From positions 4,728,907 through 4,792,906 of the forward strand of contig CAVNZM010000001.1 in NCBI GenBank assembly GCA_963693365.1: 64,000 nt of DNA, in the 5' to 3' direction. A program made the position numbers and the translations under genes. The DNA comes from Amoebidium appalachense (taxonomy: Eukaryota > Protista > Ichthyosporea). The notes below the pieces were generated by a model. The model saw nothing but the letters and a program-made list of their open reading frames with translations. It did no database searches and was not told the DNA's origin. Shown in pieces: positions 42,065 through 52,971 of this stretch (position 1 is its first letter; each line of letters begins with the position of its first letter).

Positions 42065-43945
42065 TTAAATTCCTACGACTACGTTCACACTCCTCCTCGG
42101 TCTCCTCCCCCCCTCCCCCTCCCCCCGTGTGTCTACGTGTATTTGCATCACTCCCCCCCCGGTCCCCTCCCCCACCGACTTTTTCACACCACGATTAAAC
42201 TGAGGAATAACTCTCTTTGGCCTAGAGGGAGCACTAGGCAACTCCCTCTGAACTAATCTAGCCTCATAAGCACGAATAGAAAACGGGCAATCCAAATGAA
42301 ACTCAGGCAACCACTGATCTTCCTGATAACCTCCCTCAAAACGAATTAAATAATAATTTACCTTACCTTCCTTACCTTCGATAACCTTTTTATCCATAAT
42401 TTTATCTACTGCAGCCTCCGATACATCCACCGACCCGTCATAGTCGGGGGTGAATGCATCTAACACTCGACGGCCCTCCGGCCGTTTAACCCTAAGGGCC
42501 CTATCATAATATTCCTTTATATCATTTACATTATAAAATCTAACATCACTCTCATTATCTAACCTCTGCACCTTATATTCCGTCGGACCTAACCTAGCCA
42601 CTATTTTATACGGGCCAATGAAAAGAGGCAACCATTTCTTACCATACTTACGAAGACCTTCACCTTCACCCTTACCTTCCTGCTCCTGCTTATATCTCTT
42701 TTTCCTAGTATGATCCCTAATTAAAACTAAAGTACCCTCGGCAAATTCACGTAACGGACGTGTGGACACGTCTGTACGTGCCTGTGCCTGCTGTGTACGG
42801 GCCAGAGCTGCATCACGTGCAGCCCGGGCCCGGGTTAGTAGCTGCTCCCGGAACTCAGTCCAGTGGGGATAGGTTAGTCGGTCAGCCCCCCCCATCGGCA
42901 AAAGTGCCGTATCTAACAAACTAATAGCCTCCTGCCCATAGACCAAATAAAACGGAGAAAAACCAGTCACTGCATGAGGGGTAGAATTATACGAATGAGC
43001 AATAAACCTAGACATATGATCCCAATCATTAGCCTCCACATCCACCATTTTGCCAAAGGACTTCTGAAACACTGCATGCACACGTTCAGAGATGGCATTT
43101 GCTTGAGGGTGATATGCAGACGTAGTGATATGAGCTACCCTTAAAATTTTACACACCTCCGACACCAACTGATTTAAAAACACACGACTCCTATCCGTTA
43201 ACAAAACACGAGGACAACCAAACCTAAGACAAATGTCATCCACAAAAATATGAGCAAACAAAACGGCATTAGCAGTGGGGAGAGGAAAAACTTCAACCCA
43301 ACGAGTGGCCACATCGGTGACGGTAACAAGAACAGTGTTACCCTCAACCGTAGAATTAAAAGGACCGACCACATCCACTGCTACCCTTTCAAACATACGA
43401 ACATTAAAATCCCTAATAAACGACGGGCGGGAACGAGAGTGGGGGCTCTCATTCCTTTCCTGACAATGCATGCATGACAACACATAATCCCTCACCTCCC
43501 TACTCATACCCGGCCAAAAATACGAACGATTAACACGAAGCAACGTCCTATTTACACCTAAATGACCAGCCATGGGATGCTCATGCACCATATGCAAAAC
43601 CTCAGGCACAAGTGCCGTCGGGACCCAAACTCGGTGTCCGTCTGGCCCAGAACAATGATAAACTAAATCCTGCTCTACCTGACACATTTTTGCTAACTTA
43701 GCTACCTTAATCATCTGCCTTTTATTTTTAAATTTAAGCGAATCAACCGGCCCCTTTAAATAATTCTTAACCAGACCAATCAACACATCTTCCTCCTGAG
43801 CTAAGATCAAAGCCGTAGGTGCTAAGGCAGGGGCCGAGCCATGAGACTCGGTCCCGACCTCAGACACTGACAAATACCTCCCCCCCCCTCCCCTACACTT
43901 ATAAGCAAGCAACCCCGGAGCCCAAGAAGAAACATCAACAGACAC
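42065..43945 (-). CDS. Pol: integrase plus chromodomain
   Basis: HEHPMAGHLG..CMHC zinc finger; DVVGP / TDRS / SERVH DDE core; FIGPY; C-terminal VDKIMDKK..YYLIRFEG..DQWLPE chromodomain. Confidence 0.92.
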   Translation of the reverse strand: MSVDVSSWAPGLLAYKCRGGGGRYLSVSEVGTESHGSAPALAPTALILAQEEDVLIGLVKNYLKGPVDSLKFKNKRQMIKVAKLAKMCQVEQDLVYHCSGPDGHRVWVPTALVPEVLHMVHEHPMAGHLGVNRTLLRVNRSYFWPGMSREVRDYVLSCMHCQERNESPHSRSRPSFIRDFNVRMFERVAVDVVGPFNSTVEGNTVLVTVTDVATRWVEVFPLPTANAVLFAHIFVDDICLRFGCPRVLLTDRSRVFLNQLVSEVCKILRVAHITTSAYHPQANAISERVHAVFQKSFGKMVDVEANDWDHMSRFIAHSYNSTPHAVTGFSPFYLVYGQEAISLLDTALLPMGGADRLTYPHWTEFREQLLTRARAARDAALARTQQAQARTDVSTRPLREFAEGTLVLIRDHTRKKRYKQEQEGKGEGEGLRKYGKKWLPLFIGPYKIVARLGPTEYKVQRLDNESDVRFYNVNDIKEYYDRALRVKRPEGRRVLDAFTPDYDGSVDVSEAAVDKIMDKKVIEGKEGKVNYYLIRFEGGYQEDQWLPEFHLDCPFSIRAYEARLVQRELPSAPSRPKRVIPQFNRGVKKSVGEGTGGGVMQIHVDTRGEGEGGRRPRRSVNVVVGI

Positions 43946-43950
43946 AGCAT

Positions 43951-45760
43951 CTATTCCTTTCTGCTCACTCTCCCCCCCCTTCCCCCCTCCCCCCCCCGTC
44001 TCTCACTAGCCCCCCCCTCCCCCTCCTTCTCTTCTTCAAACAAAATATAAGCAGCACGAGAGAGAGCATCACAGTCAACCATTGTTTCACCCTTGGCATA
44101 AAACAATTTATAGGAGAACTCACCGAGAGCCGCGGCCCACTTCTGCATCCTCTCGTTGACCAGACGAGTGGTGCCGGCCATGGCTAGGCAGGGCTTGTGG
44201 TCGGTGTAGACCTCAAACGTCCTGCCTGCGAGTATATACCTCCATGCCTGTGAGACTGCCCAAAAGATAACATGGGACTCTCTCTCTGGATTGCTATATC
44301 TACGTTCACTTTTACTAAATGAACGACTAGCATAAGCAATCACCCTATCCTGCCCCTCCTGCACTTGATATAACACGGCCCCCTCAGCAACCTTACTTGC
44401 ATCACACGGAACTTTAAACATCCCCCCCCCGGCCGAAAAATCAGGATGAACAAGCATACTCGAAGACTGCAAAGCTAACTTAAGCTTTGCGAAAGCAGAA
44501 ACAGCATCAACATTCCAATCTATTCTATTCTTCTTCTCCCCCCCCGTCTGACTAGTTAACGGCAAAGCAAGCATACTATAATCCTTAATATAACGACGAA
44601 GATAATTAGTTAAACCTAAAAATTGCCTTAGTTGAGTGACAGTCTGAGGACGGGGCCACTCAACTATGGCCCGGATTTTCTCCGGATCAGGGGAAAGACC
44701 ATTACTAGACACAATATGACCTAAAAACTTAACCTCCGGCACACCAATCACAGTCTTGCTACCGCTAATACGAAGACCAGACTCACCCAAAGCTAAAAAT
44801 ACTTTTTCACAATTATTAACTAGCTCCTCAAATGACCTACCTTTAATTAAAACATCATCCAAATAAGGGTGGCATACATCCAAATGAGGGTGGAGAATTT
44901 TATACATTACCCGGCACAACATAGCTGGAGAGGAGAGCAAACCCATCGGCACCACCTTGTACTGGAACAGCTGGTCACCCAGTGCAAAGGCAGTCTTCTC
45001 CTTGCTGCTCTCCTCCAACCTTATCTGCCAAAAAGCTGCTTTTAAATACAAGTTTAGCAAAGTGAGTATAGCCGTGCAGCTGTGAAAGCTGCTCGTCTAT
45101 GTTAGGGAGAGGCCATTGGTCTGCCTTAGTGATCCGATTCAGAGCCCTGTAATCGTTCACTAGACGCCCAGACCCGTCGGGCTTCTTAACCAATAGCACC
45201 GGACTTCTCCACGGACTCGAACTATGCTCCACATGACCCTTTTTTAACATATCACTCACTATTATTAGCGCATCCGACAATTTATACTGCTCCATTCTAT
45301 AGCTAGGCATCACTACCGGCCTATTATCACCTGTGTCGATCTGCATTTCAAACCCTTTAACGAAGCCTACTTCGTTATCATCGGCCAGAAATGCAAACCG
45401 AGTCCTATCAAATAACTTAGCTAGCAATTTTTTCTGTTCTACCGTCCAATCCCCCTCCTTCAAGATACCAAACGGCAATACTAACTCCGGGTTACCCCCA
45501 TCACAAGTGGATGCATCCTTATTCACCGGAGTGCCACTTAACATTTCACCTCCTGTATTACATCGGTGCTGCTCGGGGTGAGGGTGAGGTACCTCCGGAT
45601 ATAGGCGGTCACCCTTAGCACCCCCCCCTCCCCCCGGCACACCAATGCCCCCGGGCAATTCCTGATGAGTTAGTGCATGTATGTGGGGGGCCAGGTCTGT
45701 GGCCACCCTGCCCCCCACAGTGTTGGTTAACCCGTCAGATCCACGGGTTAGACCAACACC
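43951..45760 (-). CDS. Pol: reverse transcriptase plus RNase H (frameshift near 45048)
   Basis: SPWRSPVLLVKKPDG, DYRALN, VPMGL, YLDD, CDAS, ERE, TDHKP and DALSR. One extra base in the KLDLK codons splits it into ORFs 44975-45718 and 43951-45060. Confidence 0.9.
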
Positions 45761-47313
45761 CTCCCCCCTGCCTGCACATTCTCACACCCGGGGTGACCCT
45801 CCTTCCTCTTGGGGGTCGGGGGAGTGGGGCCGGTGCTGTCCCGGTCCCCCCCCCCATCGTGTCGGGTGACATTTTGGTGGCTAACGTTAAATAAAGTTGT
45901 TCCCCCTCCTCCTGAGTCACCCTTCGAGCCGGCATCCTCCTTTTGGGTAATAAGAGAGACCTCTATACTACCAATCTCATTAGTGAAACTACCGACGGAA
46001 ACACCTGACCTAATCACTATAGGCTCGATGCCCGGATTCACTAATTCTATTTCTATTGTCTTATCCGGCCATACCCTACTAAGGGTCCATTGGGCCACCT
46101 CCTGAAATGGGGTTTTCGGAGTAAAAACCCCTAAATCCCCTATCCTAACATGATTGCCGGCCCGGACACGTACCGTTTGGCACTGATAAGGCTCGATTAC
46201 TACTTCAGCTACCGTTCTAGCACCAGACTGATAACCGTCGAGCCCATCATGGGTTTTAATTTTAACGCCGGACTGCAATTCTAAAACATTCGTACGTTCA
46301 AACAAAGCATTCACATGTCTACGGAAAAATGGGGCTCCCAACAAAACACTTTGAGCTAAATCCTTAACCACATAACAAGCAACATGCATAGCCTGGCCAC
46401 CTATCTCACACGGCAACACACAAACGCCTTCCACAGACATACTACTATTATTAGCACTACCTAAGGCTGTGCTAGAAGCATCTAAAATAGGAATTTCCCC
46501 CCTGGCCTGATTAAAACGACGAATAAACGAAGCATGCACACAATTAACCTGAGCCCCTCCATCGAGCAAAGCAACCGCCTTCAACTTACCATCAGCTAAC
46601 CATACGTCTATATAATGCTGGCTAAAACCAACTAAATCCTCCTCCAATTCAAGCAACACATCCTCACTCACACCCAATCCCTGCCCACGAAGACTCACAC
46701 CCTCGATACCTACGTGCAACATACCTACCTGTGGTGCCTGCACGGGTGGGGTGGGGTGTGTATGTGATGTGGGTGGTGGTGGAGTGTGTGTGTGTGGTGT
46801 GTGGGTGGGTGGTGTGTGTGTGTTTAGTGTATGTGTGGGTGTGTGTGTGGGTGTAGGTGTGTCTGCAACCGTCGTATGTTGTTGCGGTGGTGTGTTTCTA
46901 TGTGTCTGTGCCTTCCCCCCCCTTCCCCCTTTACTCGTGTGTGTCCCCCCCCCTCCCGGAAACAATGGCACAGAAACCCCCAGGGCCTCCGGTGTGGTTA
47001 GAACAAACACCGGGTTGGGACAAGAAACACTGAGACCATCCACTTGTGGCTGGGGAACCTCCCCCAACCACAAAACATTCACACCATTCATACCTTTGGT
47101 AGAGTCACCCCACAAACATTCATGCCATACCACCTCGACGCTGTCTTGAGGACCCACGACGATGCCCGGCTCCCACACGTATCGGGGCGGTGAGGGGGCA
47201 AAGGGAAGCTTAACCTGGGGTGGGGGAGGGTGAAGGTTCTCTGCAACCTGGGGGGGACCGATACTGTCCCCCCCCCCTCCCTCAGTGACCCCAGCTTCCC
47301 CCTCCCCCGGAAC
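45748..47313 (-). CDS. Pol: aspartic protease region
   Basis: ALLDGGAQVN and VLLGAPF motifs followed by a beta-rich dUTPase-like segment. The frame is open from directly after the gag TGA. Confidence 0.85.
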   Translation of the reverse strand, partial: VPGEGEAGVTEGGGGDSIGPPQVAENLHPPPPQVKLPFAPSPPRYVWEPGIVVGPQDSVEVVWHECLWGDSTKGMNGVNVLWLGEVPQPQVDGLSVSCPNPVFVLTTPEALGVSVPLFPGGGGTHTSKGGRGGKAQTHRNTPPQQHTTVADTPTPTHTPTHTLNTHTPPTHTPHTHTPPPPTSHTHPTPPVQAPQVGMLHVGIEGVSLRGQGLGVSEDVLLELEEDLVGFSQHYIDVWLADGKLKAVALLDGGAQVNCVHASFIRRFNQARGEIPILDASSTALGSANNSSMSVEGVCVLPCEIGGQAMHVACYVVKDLAQSVLLGAPFFRRHVNALFERTNVLELQSGVKIKTHDGLDGYQSGARTVAEVVIEPYQCQTVRVRAGNHVRIGDLGVFTPKTPFQEVAQWTLSRVWPDKTIEIELVNPGIEPIVIRSGVSVGSFTNEIGSIEVSLITQKEDAGSKGDSGGGGTTLFNVSHQNVTRHDGGGDRDSTGPTPPTPKRKEGHPGCENVQAGGRVLV

Positions 47314-48648
47314 TCAATAGCTCTTGTAACTACGGCAATATGCAGCAGAGTGCCCTTGCCGGCCACAAAAGTAACATGCACCAAAGAAGGGGCCAGGGGG
47401 GACTTCAAAACCTTGGCGCAAAGCATAACCGGGAGCCCGGTCATGCTGGGGGGGCCCACCGTGTGCACCACGGCCCCCCCTTCCCCCCTGCCCCCCTCGG
47501 CCTCTCTCACCACCATTTCCACCCCTCCCTCTACCCTGCCCACCACCACGAGCAAGATAAGGGGCAAACCTCTCGGTGAACTGCTGCTGTTGTCCTCCAC
47601 GGCCACCTCGGCCACGACCGCCGTGTCCACCCCGGTCGCCGCCACGGCCACCCCGGAAGCCGAAGCCCCCTCGGCCAGAGAAGACGGCCTGGGAGAGCTC
47701 GGCAACCTGCTTGACCAACATGGTGAGTGCATCTGGCTGTTCACCCTCTTTTTTCTCTTTTTCCCCCTTCGGTCCACTCTCCTTCTTTTTCTTGTCTACT
47801 TCCATCACCTCCTTTTTATCCCTCTTATTGAACTTCACCTCGTGCATGGCAAGCAAGTGACGTTTAACATGCAACACCACCTCATCTACATCATCATGCT
47901 CCCCAAACATGCGTGCAGTGTCTGTGTTTACAGAGAGAGCCTTACGAGCAAACTCGAATTTTTCCCTATCACTCACGTCACCAGCTAACTCACAAAGGTC
48001 TTCAAAGACCCGATATTCCCTCTCAAAGAATGCACGAGCTTCTACGGGGGACATATCTAAAGTGGGAAAGGTATACTTCCATTCTCTGAGCTGGGCCCGG
48101 AAGGTACGGCGCCGGTCGGCCGTCAGGTATCGGCCGACGAGCCGGGCCGTATACTCGAGCTCGTTTTCCGGCCGTGTGAAGGCCTCGAGCTCCCCGTCCA
48201 CGTCGTCGGTGCTGTTCTCGTCCTCGTCGTCGGGGATGAACCGTGCGGCCAGACGTTTCTGGCCGAGTGTCCGGGACACCATCTCGTCCCTCCCCTCGTC
48301 GTACTGCTGCTCGTATATACGAGCCGTCACCTGGGGGGCCTGCTCGGCCCGGTACGGGTGCTCCTCCATCAGGGTGCATAAGTCGGCCATTGTTTTGTGG
48401 TCGATGCACTGTTTGATCATTAAGCACGAGGCCGCCACAGTGGGGGCCTTCTTTGTGTCTAACACTAGTGTGGGTGTGTTAGCTAGGAGTGTCCTAAGCC
48501 ACCTAGGGATTTCCGAGTCGTGTTTGAGTGTAAAACTGAAAGCTGTGGTCTGTCTAACGTCTAGTGTATGAACCTGTGGTACCTGTGTGTGCAGGGAGCT
48601 ATCCTCCGCTGCCAATGCGTAGAACATGTCTACGTTAAACTTAGCCAT
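47314..48648 (-). CDS. gag: Gag (444 aa)
   Basis: First ORF after the 5' LTR; RGG-rich tract and CCHC knuckle CYFCGRQGHSAAYC. Confidence 0.9.
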   Translation of the reverse strand: MAKFNVDMFYALAAEDSSLHTQVPQVHTLDVRQTTAFSFTLKHDSEIPRWLRTLLANTPTLVLDTKKAPTVAASCLMIKQCIDHKTMADLCTLMEEHPYRAEQAPQVTARIYEQQYDEGRDEMVSRTLGQKRLAARFIPDDEDENSTDDVDGELEAFTRPENELEYTARLVGRYLTADRRRTFRAQLREWKYTFPTLDMSPVEARAFFEREYRVFEDLCELAGDVSDREKFEFARKALSVNTDTARMFGEHDDVDEVVLHVKRHLLAMHEVKFNKRDKKEVMEVDKKKKESGPKGEKEKKEGEQPDALTMLVKQVAELSQAVFSGRGGFGFRGGRGGDRGGHGGRGRGGRGGQQQQFTERFAPYLARGGGQGRGRGGNGGERGRGGQGGRGGRGAHGGPPQHDRAPGYALRQGFEVPPGPFFGACYFCGRQGHSAAYCRSYKSY

Positions 48649-48686
48649 TGTGTGGTGTGTGCCCTAACTCGTGTGGTTGTGTTTAT

Positions 48687-48719
<33 letters not shown>

Positions 48720-48808
48720 CTGTGTGTTTGAGGTGTAGCAACAGCCCAGAAGGAACTGTCACCGCGTTACCCTAGCGCGAAAAACCGCACTAAAAGAAAG
48801 GTGTAGCT

Positions 48809-49525
48809 TGTCGTATCCTAATATATGTGTACTAGAGACGCGGCACTCTACTAAGTGTACACACACGAAAAGGAACGAACGTGTATAGAAAAACGGTAAA
48901 GTTTATTAAGACCAGGCTCCGACGGGCAAACTTAGATCCGTACGGATTAAGTCTAAGTTACGACTGAGGCCATCAAGGCCGTGCCCTACAAGATCATCAT
49001 CACCTGGCCCCCTACGATGCCACATTCCATTAACATTCCGATCTACTTTTATCGTGCGCCTGCACGAGCTAAGTCGATCTACTCAACTAATATATTTATC
49101 CAAGTCTCACCCCTCACCCTCCCCCTAGTGGCACCGCAGAGTCTAAATCTACATTTCATACTATCCTCCCCCCCCCTCCCTCCCCCCCTTTCCTCTACAT
49201 CTACATATATAAATACGTTTGGCAACATATACTATCAAACCTTGCCAATCCTTACAAAAGGGCATCTGCCCGAACAATCACATTCCTAAGTCCTCCTACG
49301 ATCTATCCTACACACTAATTAGAATTCTATTGGACGGCTGTCCCGGCTGACGTGGTCCAATGCCCTGCGCCGGCAGAGGCAAGATGCACGCAGCTGTTCA
49401 GCTATCTTGAGGCCCCGGACTTGATCTTGATGATCTGTGGACCCGGGCCACCCCCCCCCCCCCCCCCCCCCCCGATCTCGATCGTAGACTTAGGCTAATC
49501 TGCTCAGACGGATTAGTATATGTCA
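48809..49525 (-). repeat. 5' LTR of the Gypsy element
   Basis: Direct repeat of 41167-41882, followed by TSD TTCTC. Confidence 0.95.
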
Positions 49526-49789
49526 TTCTCCACCAGCTATCTTCCAGTTTGGTGGGACGGTAGCCTACCTCACAAGCGCTTGACCATATATCCGTGCGTG
49601 CACGTGGAAGCCGCAAAGCATATACTTGAACTTCCATCAAGTCTGCAGCAGCAGCGGGATTCGGAAACCATTTGTTTTGTCTGTTGCATGCTACTTTCTA
49701 GTAAGCACGTTTTGATTCATTTCCGCTGAAATTTCCAGTATATTGACTTATAATTAGAGTTCCAGTGCAGCCTCCTGCAGGTGTTCATC

Positions 49790-50010
49790 ATGTATCATAC
49801 ATCCTGGTCCCCGTACCCAGGGATGGACCGGGTCGAGTGGCCTGAGAACCAACCCGTACGGGTCGGCATTACCCAACCCCGGCCCGGCGCATTTTCACCC
49901 AAACCCGGTCAACTTTCTGACCTGGCGGGTCGGACCCGTACCCAGCCCGACCGACGGCCCTGACCCGGCCAGTTCGCGACGGGTCGGTGACGGGGTAAAG
50001 TATGATACAT
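49790..50010. mobile_element. Small MITE-like inverted-repeat element
   Basis: ATGTATCATAC/GTATGATACAT ends with many ACCCG/CGGGT internal motifs. GAGAACCAACCCG is shared with ~54108. No TSD found. Confidence 0.45.
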
Positions 50011-50431
50011 TAACCAAAATAGGCAGCAAGATTGGATTGTTAATTGGTTGTCAGGGACAGCCGGGAGAGCCAATAACAGCACAGTATCATGTCCATAAAT
50101 GGCAACATAAACATCGTGTCCTCGGTTTTCTTTATTATCATAGTCAGTACAAAAAAAAAGGGGGTTGGTATTGGAACTTTGTGATTTTTCCCCACCTTTT
50201 AGTTACAGGAGTTGATATACAGTATATATATATGTGCCTATCATTTTTTAAATTTTACCATCGTGCCATTGCCAGTGCCCATTGTCCGTAGCTAGAAGTT
50301 CGAACTGCTAACGTTGTTTACTTCGACTAGCCTCCACAACCAAGGTCCACCGTAGGGGGCCCCCCGGCCAACTCGGCCTTTTTCCACAACAGGGCCATTT
50401 GGTTGGCTGGCGCGGGGCCGGGGTTACGTAA

Positions 50432-50780
50432 TTGCAACCTGTTAGCTCACAGTGTATTAGAACCGGAGGTTATTGGCGGTTTCATTCTCTTTTCTTCCTC
50501 TCTTCCTCAATATATCCGTTTTAAGATGACTATCCTAGATCACCTTATTAATGCTGCACAGTATGATATTGTGATCCGGTGCCTTAACTTTCTTTCGGAG
50601 CTACCGATGCTAGCCTCTGCTTACCCATAATATGTAATAGGGGTGTCATATACTACGATGGCGCTCATTGTTGCCTAGCATGTACATATGTCATGATTGG
50701 CTGCGCTGGAAAACGCAGTAGGCCGTCGAATGTGGCTGGGCCTCCGGCAGTGTCCACGCAATAAAAAGTGTGTAAACCCC
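50432..50780 (+). mobile_element. 5'-truncated LINE 3' end without poly(A)
   Basis: 10 bp TSD GGTTACGTAA (50422-50431, 50781-50790). ORF2-like C-terminus ..TILDHLINAAQY..YP* to 50630. Ends AATAAAAAGTGTGTAAACCCC. Confidence 0.78.
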
Positions 50781-51934
50781 GGTTACGTAAGGCGGTGGGG
50801 TCGGGGGGGGGCCAGACCACGATATAGAGGTTTGGGGGGAAGCCTTGCGCAGGGCCTTACTAAGTAAGCCTTACGTAAGGCGGTTAGGCGCCGGCGCTAG
50901 GTAGAGCACGATACGGAAGACGTGGGTCTGGGGAGATTTATGTGGCGAATCGGGTTGCGCGGTTGTGAAAGTTGCGCTGATGACTTCGTTAGTAGGGGAC
51001 CAATCAGATTCTTCGGTCGTGGATGTTGCAGAAGTGGCCTCGTGAGCCGTGATAGTGAACCAGTCGGAGGGCCCGGTTGTAAAAGTTAGCTAATGAGTGT
51101 TAATTAAACCTGTAACTTGCACAACCGGGCTTTTGAATGAAATCATTGGTTGGGTAGGAATCACGGTATTTGTCTCAGCGGCCTAGTAGTGGAGAGGTAT
51201 AAAAAAGGTGAACACGATAACGTCGGTCACTTTGTGACGCAGCGCGGTGTAGAGCAGAGTAGAAGAAAGCTGTCTGGAGCGAGCCTTTTTTTTTTTTAGT
51301 AGTGCATAACAGTCAAATTCGAGTGTGGATATCTTTGAACACGAGTAGGAGGTTTCCTCTTTGTCGAAGTATTGTTTGTCGTTTTTTTGACAAATAGTAA
51401 GTTAAGATAGTCGCAGAAGTTCTTTCTTTTTACAACTTTTTTATTGACTGCGGCTGAGCTGTCAATGTTAGGCACCTCATAGAATTATGGTCAGATCATT
51501 TTTCGAAGCTTCGTGAACATGAATTATTGGCGGCAACTGATCTGAGTGCGAGCTGATGGCGCTTCAAGCTGAGATTGGTCAGGGCCGGAATCGGATCCCT
51601 GACAGGTGCATTGTGGGTCGAAAGACGTAGGGCACCCTCTCGTAAAAACGGTTTTTTTAAATATCTATATATGGCTAATCTGATTGAACCGGATTCGATC
51701 TGGACCAATCATAAATACCCCTTGACAGAGTTTTCTCGTACGATCGTAGGGCACCCTCTCCGTAATCATCAAGCCCGCAAGCACACGAGCACTGTCCGTT
51801 CACATGTAGATACCATGCCTGGAAGAGCCACAAGGAGCGCACACAGTTGGCAGCTAACCGGCGCTCCGCGGCTGTGAGTGAGGCAAAGCGGTGGCGATGC
51901 TTCTTTCCAGGTGTACAAAATGGCCAAAAGCTAA

Positions 51935-52971
51935 GGGCCTGTTTGGTAGCGCGCTAAATACGGTTTTTTATCGTATTCGTATTTAGGGCCTAAATACGTA
52001 TACGATCCCGTGGCATGCCAAACACGCCGCGGGCTTTTATTTTTTGTAAATACGATAGGGATCGCTTTTATATCGTATTTACGAAAATCACCTCCGGAGG
52101 TGATTTTCGTAAATACGATATAGGAAATTATCCAATCAGAGCATTTCGCATCATTTATTGGCTATCAGCTAGCCAATGGTACAGCGTAAGCCGCGGCGGG
52201 CACATTTTTACTACAGTACGCATGCCGGCGCATGCACGTGAACAATTCAATGTTAAAAAGAAGGTCGGTGTCATACACGTCATTTTGTGTACATGCTCAG
52301 TTAAAATTTGCACATGAATTTGGGCTGCACAGGTAAGACAGAAAACGAGGATTCCGAACCCTACACGGTGCATGATAACAAGCTCAGACTGTATATATAT
52401 GCCATAATAATCATTGAAACAATACTGGACTCCGATATATGCATTAATAAAAACAATCAAAGGTACATGTACAAACTCGGTGACATGCAGGCACGACGAG
52501 TACTGCATAAGGACAAATTTTAACATTCATTATGTGTTCAGATATGTGGGGAATGCCAGGGACGAACGTTGGTGACGTAAAACGAGGTCTCTAGCAAGGC
52601 TAGCCACCGCAATAACTGGCAGTATCCCTTCAATAACAGACATTCTAACCTATTGTTAAACAGAGCAAGACTCACTGTTGGTGACTCGTTTTTGCCGTTC
52701 GCTGTAATACTGACTACAGCTGCACCAGTCAGCCAGTCTATATGCATGGAATACCGAAGGATGATCAATGGGCCCGTGCAAATAGGGCCAATCAGATCTC
52801 GTGAACCATGTATCGACATTTTATGTGAGCAGTCACGCCTGACAGCGTTTGGAAGGCACCAACCGTATTTAGGCCCTAAATACGCATACCACGATAAATT
52901 TTGTAAATACGGTAGATCGTATTTAGGGCCTAAATAAGAATACGATTATTGGGGTGCTGCCAAACAGGCCC
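51935..52971. mobile_element. PIF/Harbinger (Tourist-like) non-autonomous element
   Basis: TIR GGGCCTGTTTGG / CCAAACAGGCCC, TAA TSD on both sides, subterminal palindromes TATTTAGGGCCTAAATA. Confidence 0.9.

Larger units (their letters stand above)
41167..49525 (-). mobile_element. Full-length Ty3/Gypsy LTR retrotransposon with chromodomain integrase (chromovirus-like)
   Basis: LTRs at 41167-41882 and 48809-49525 (TG...CA, about 8 substitutions by eye). TSD TTCTC. PPT at 41884-41900. Domain order gag-PR-RT-RNaseH-IN-chromo. Confidence 0.97.
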
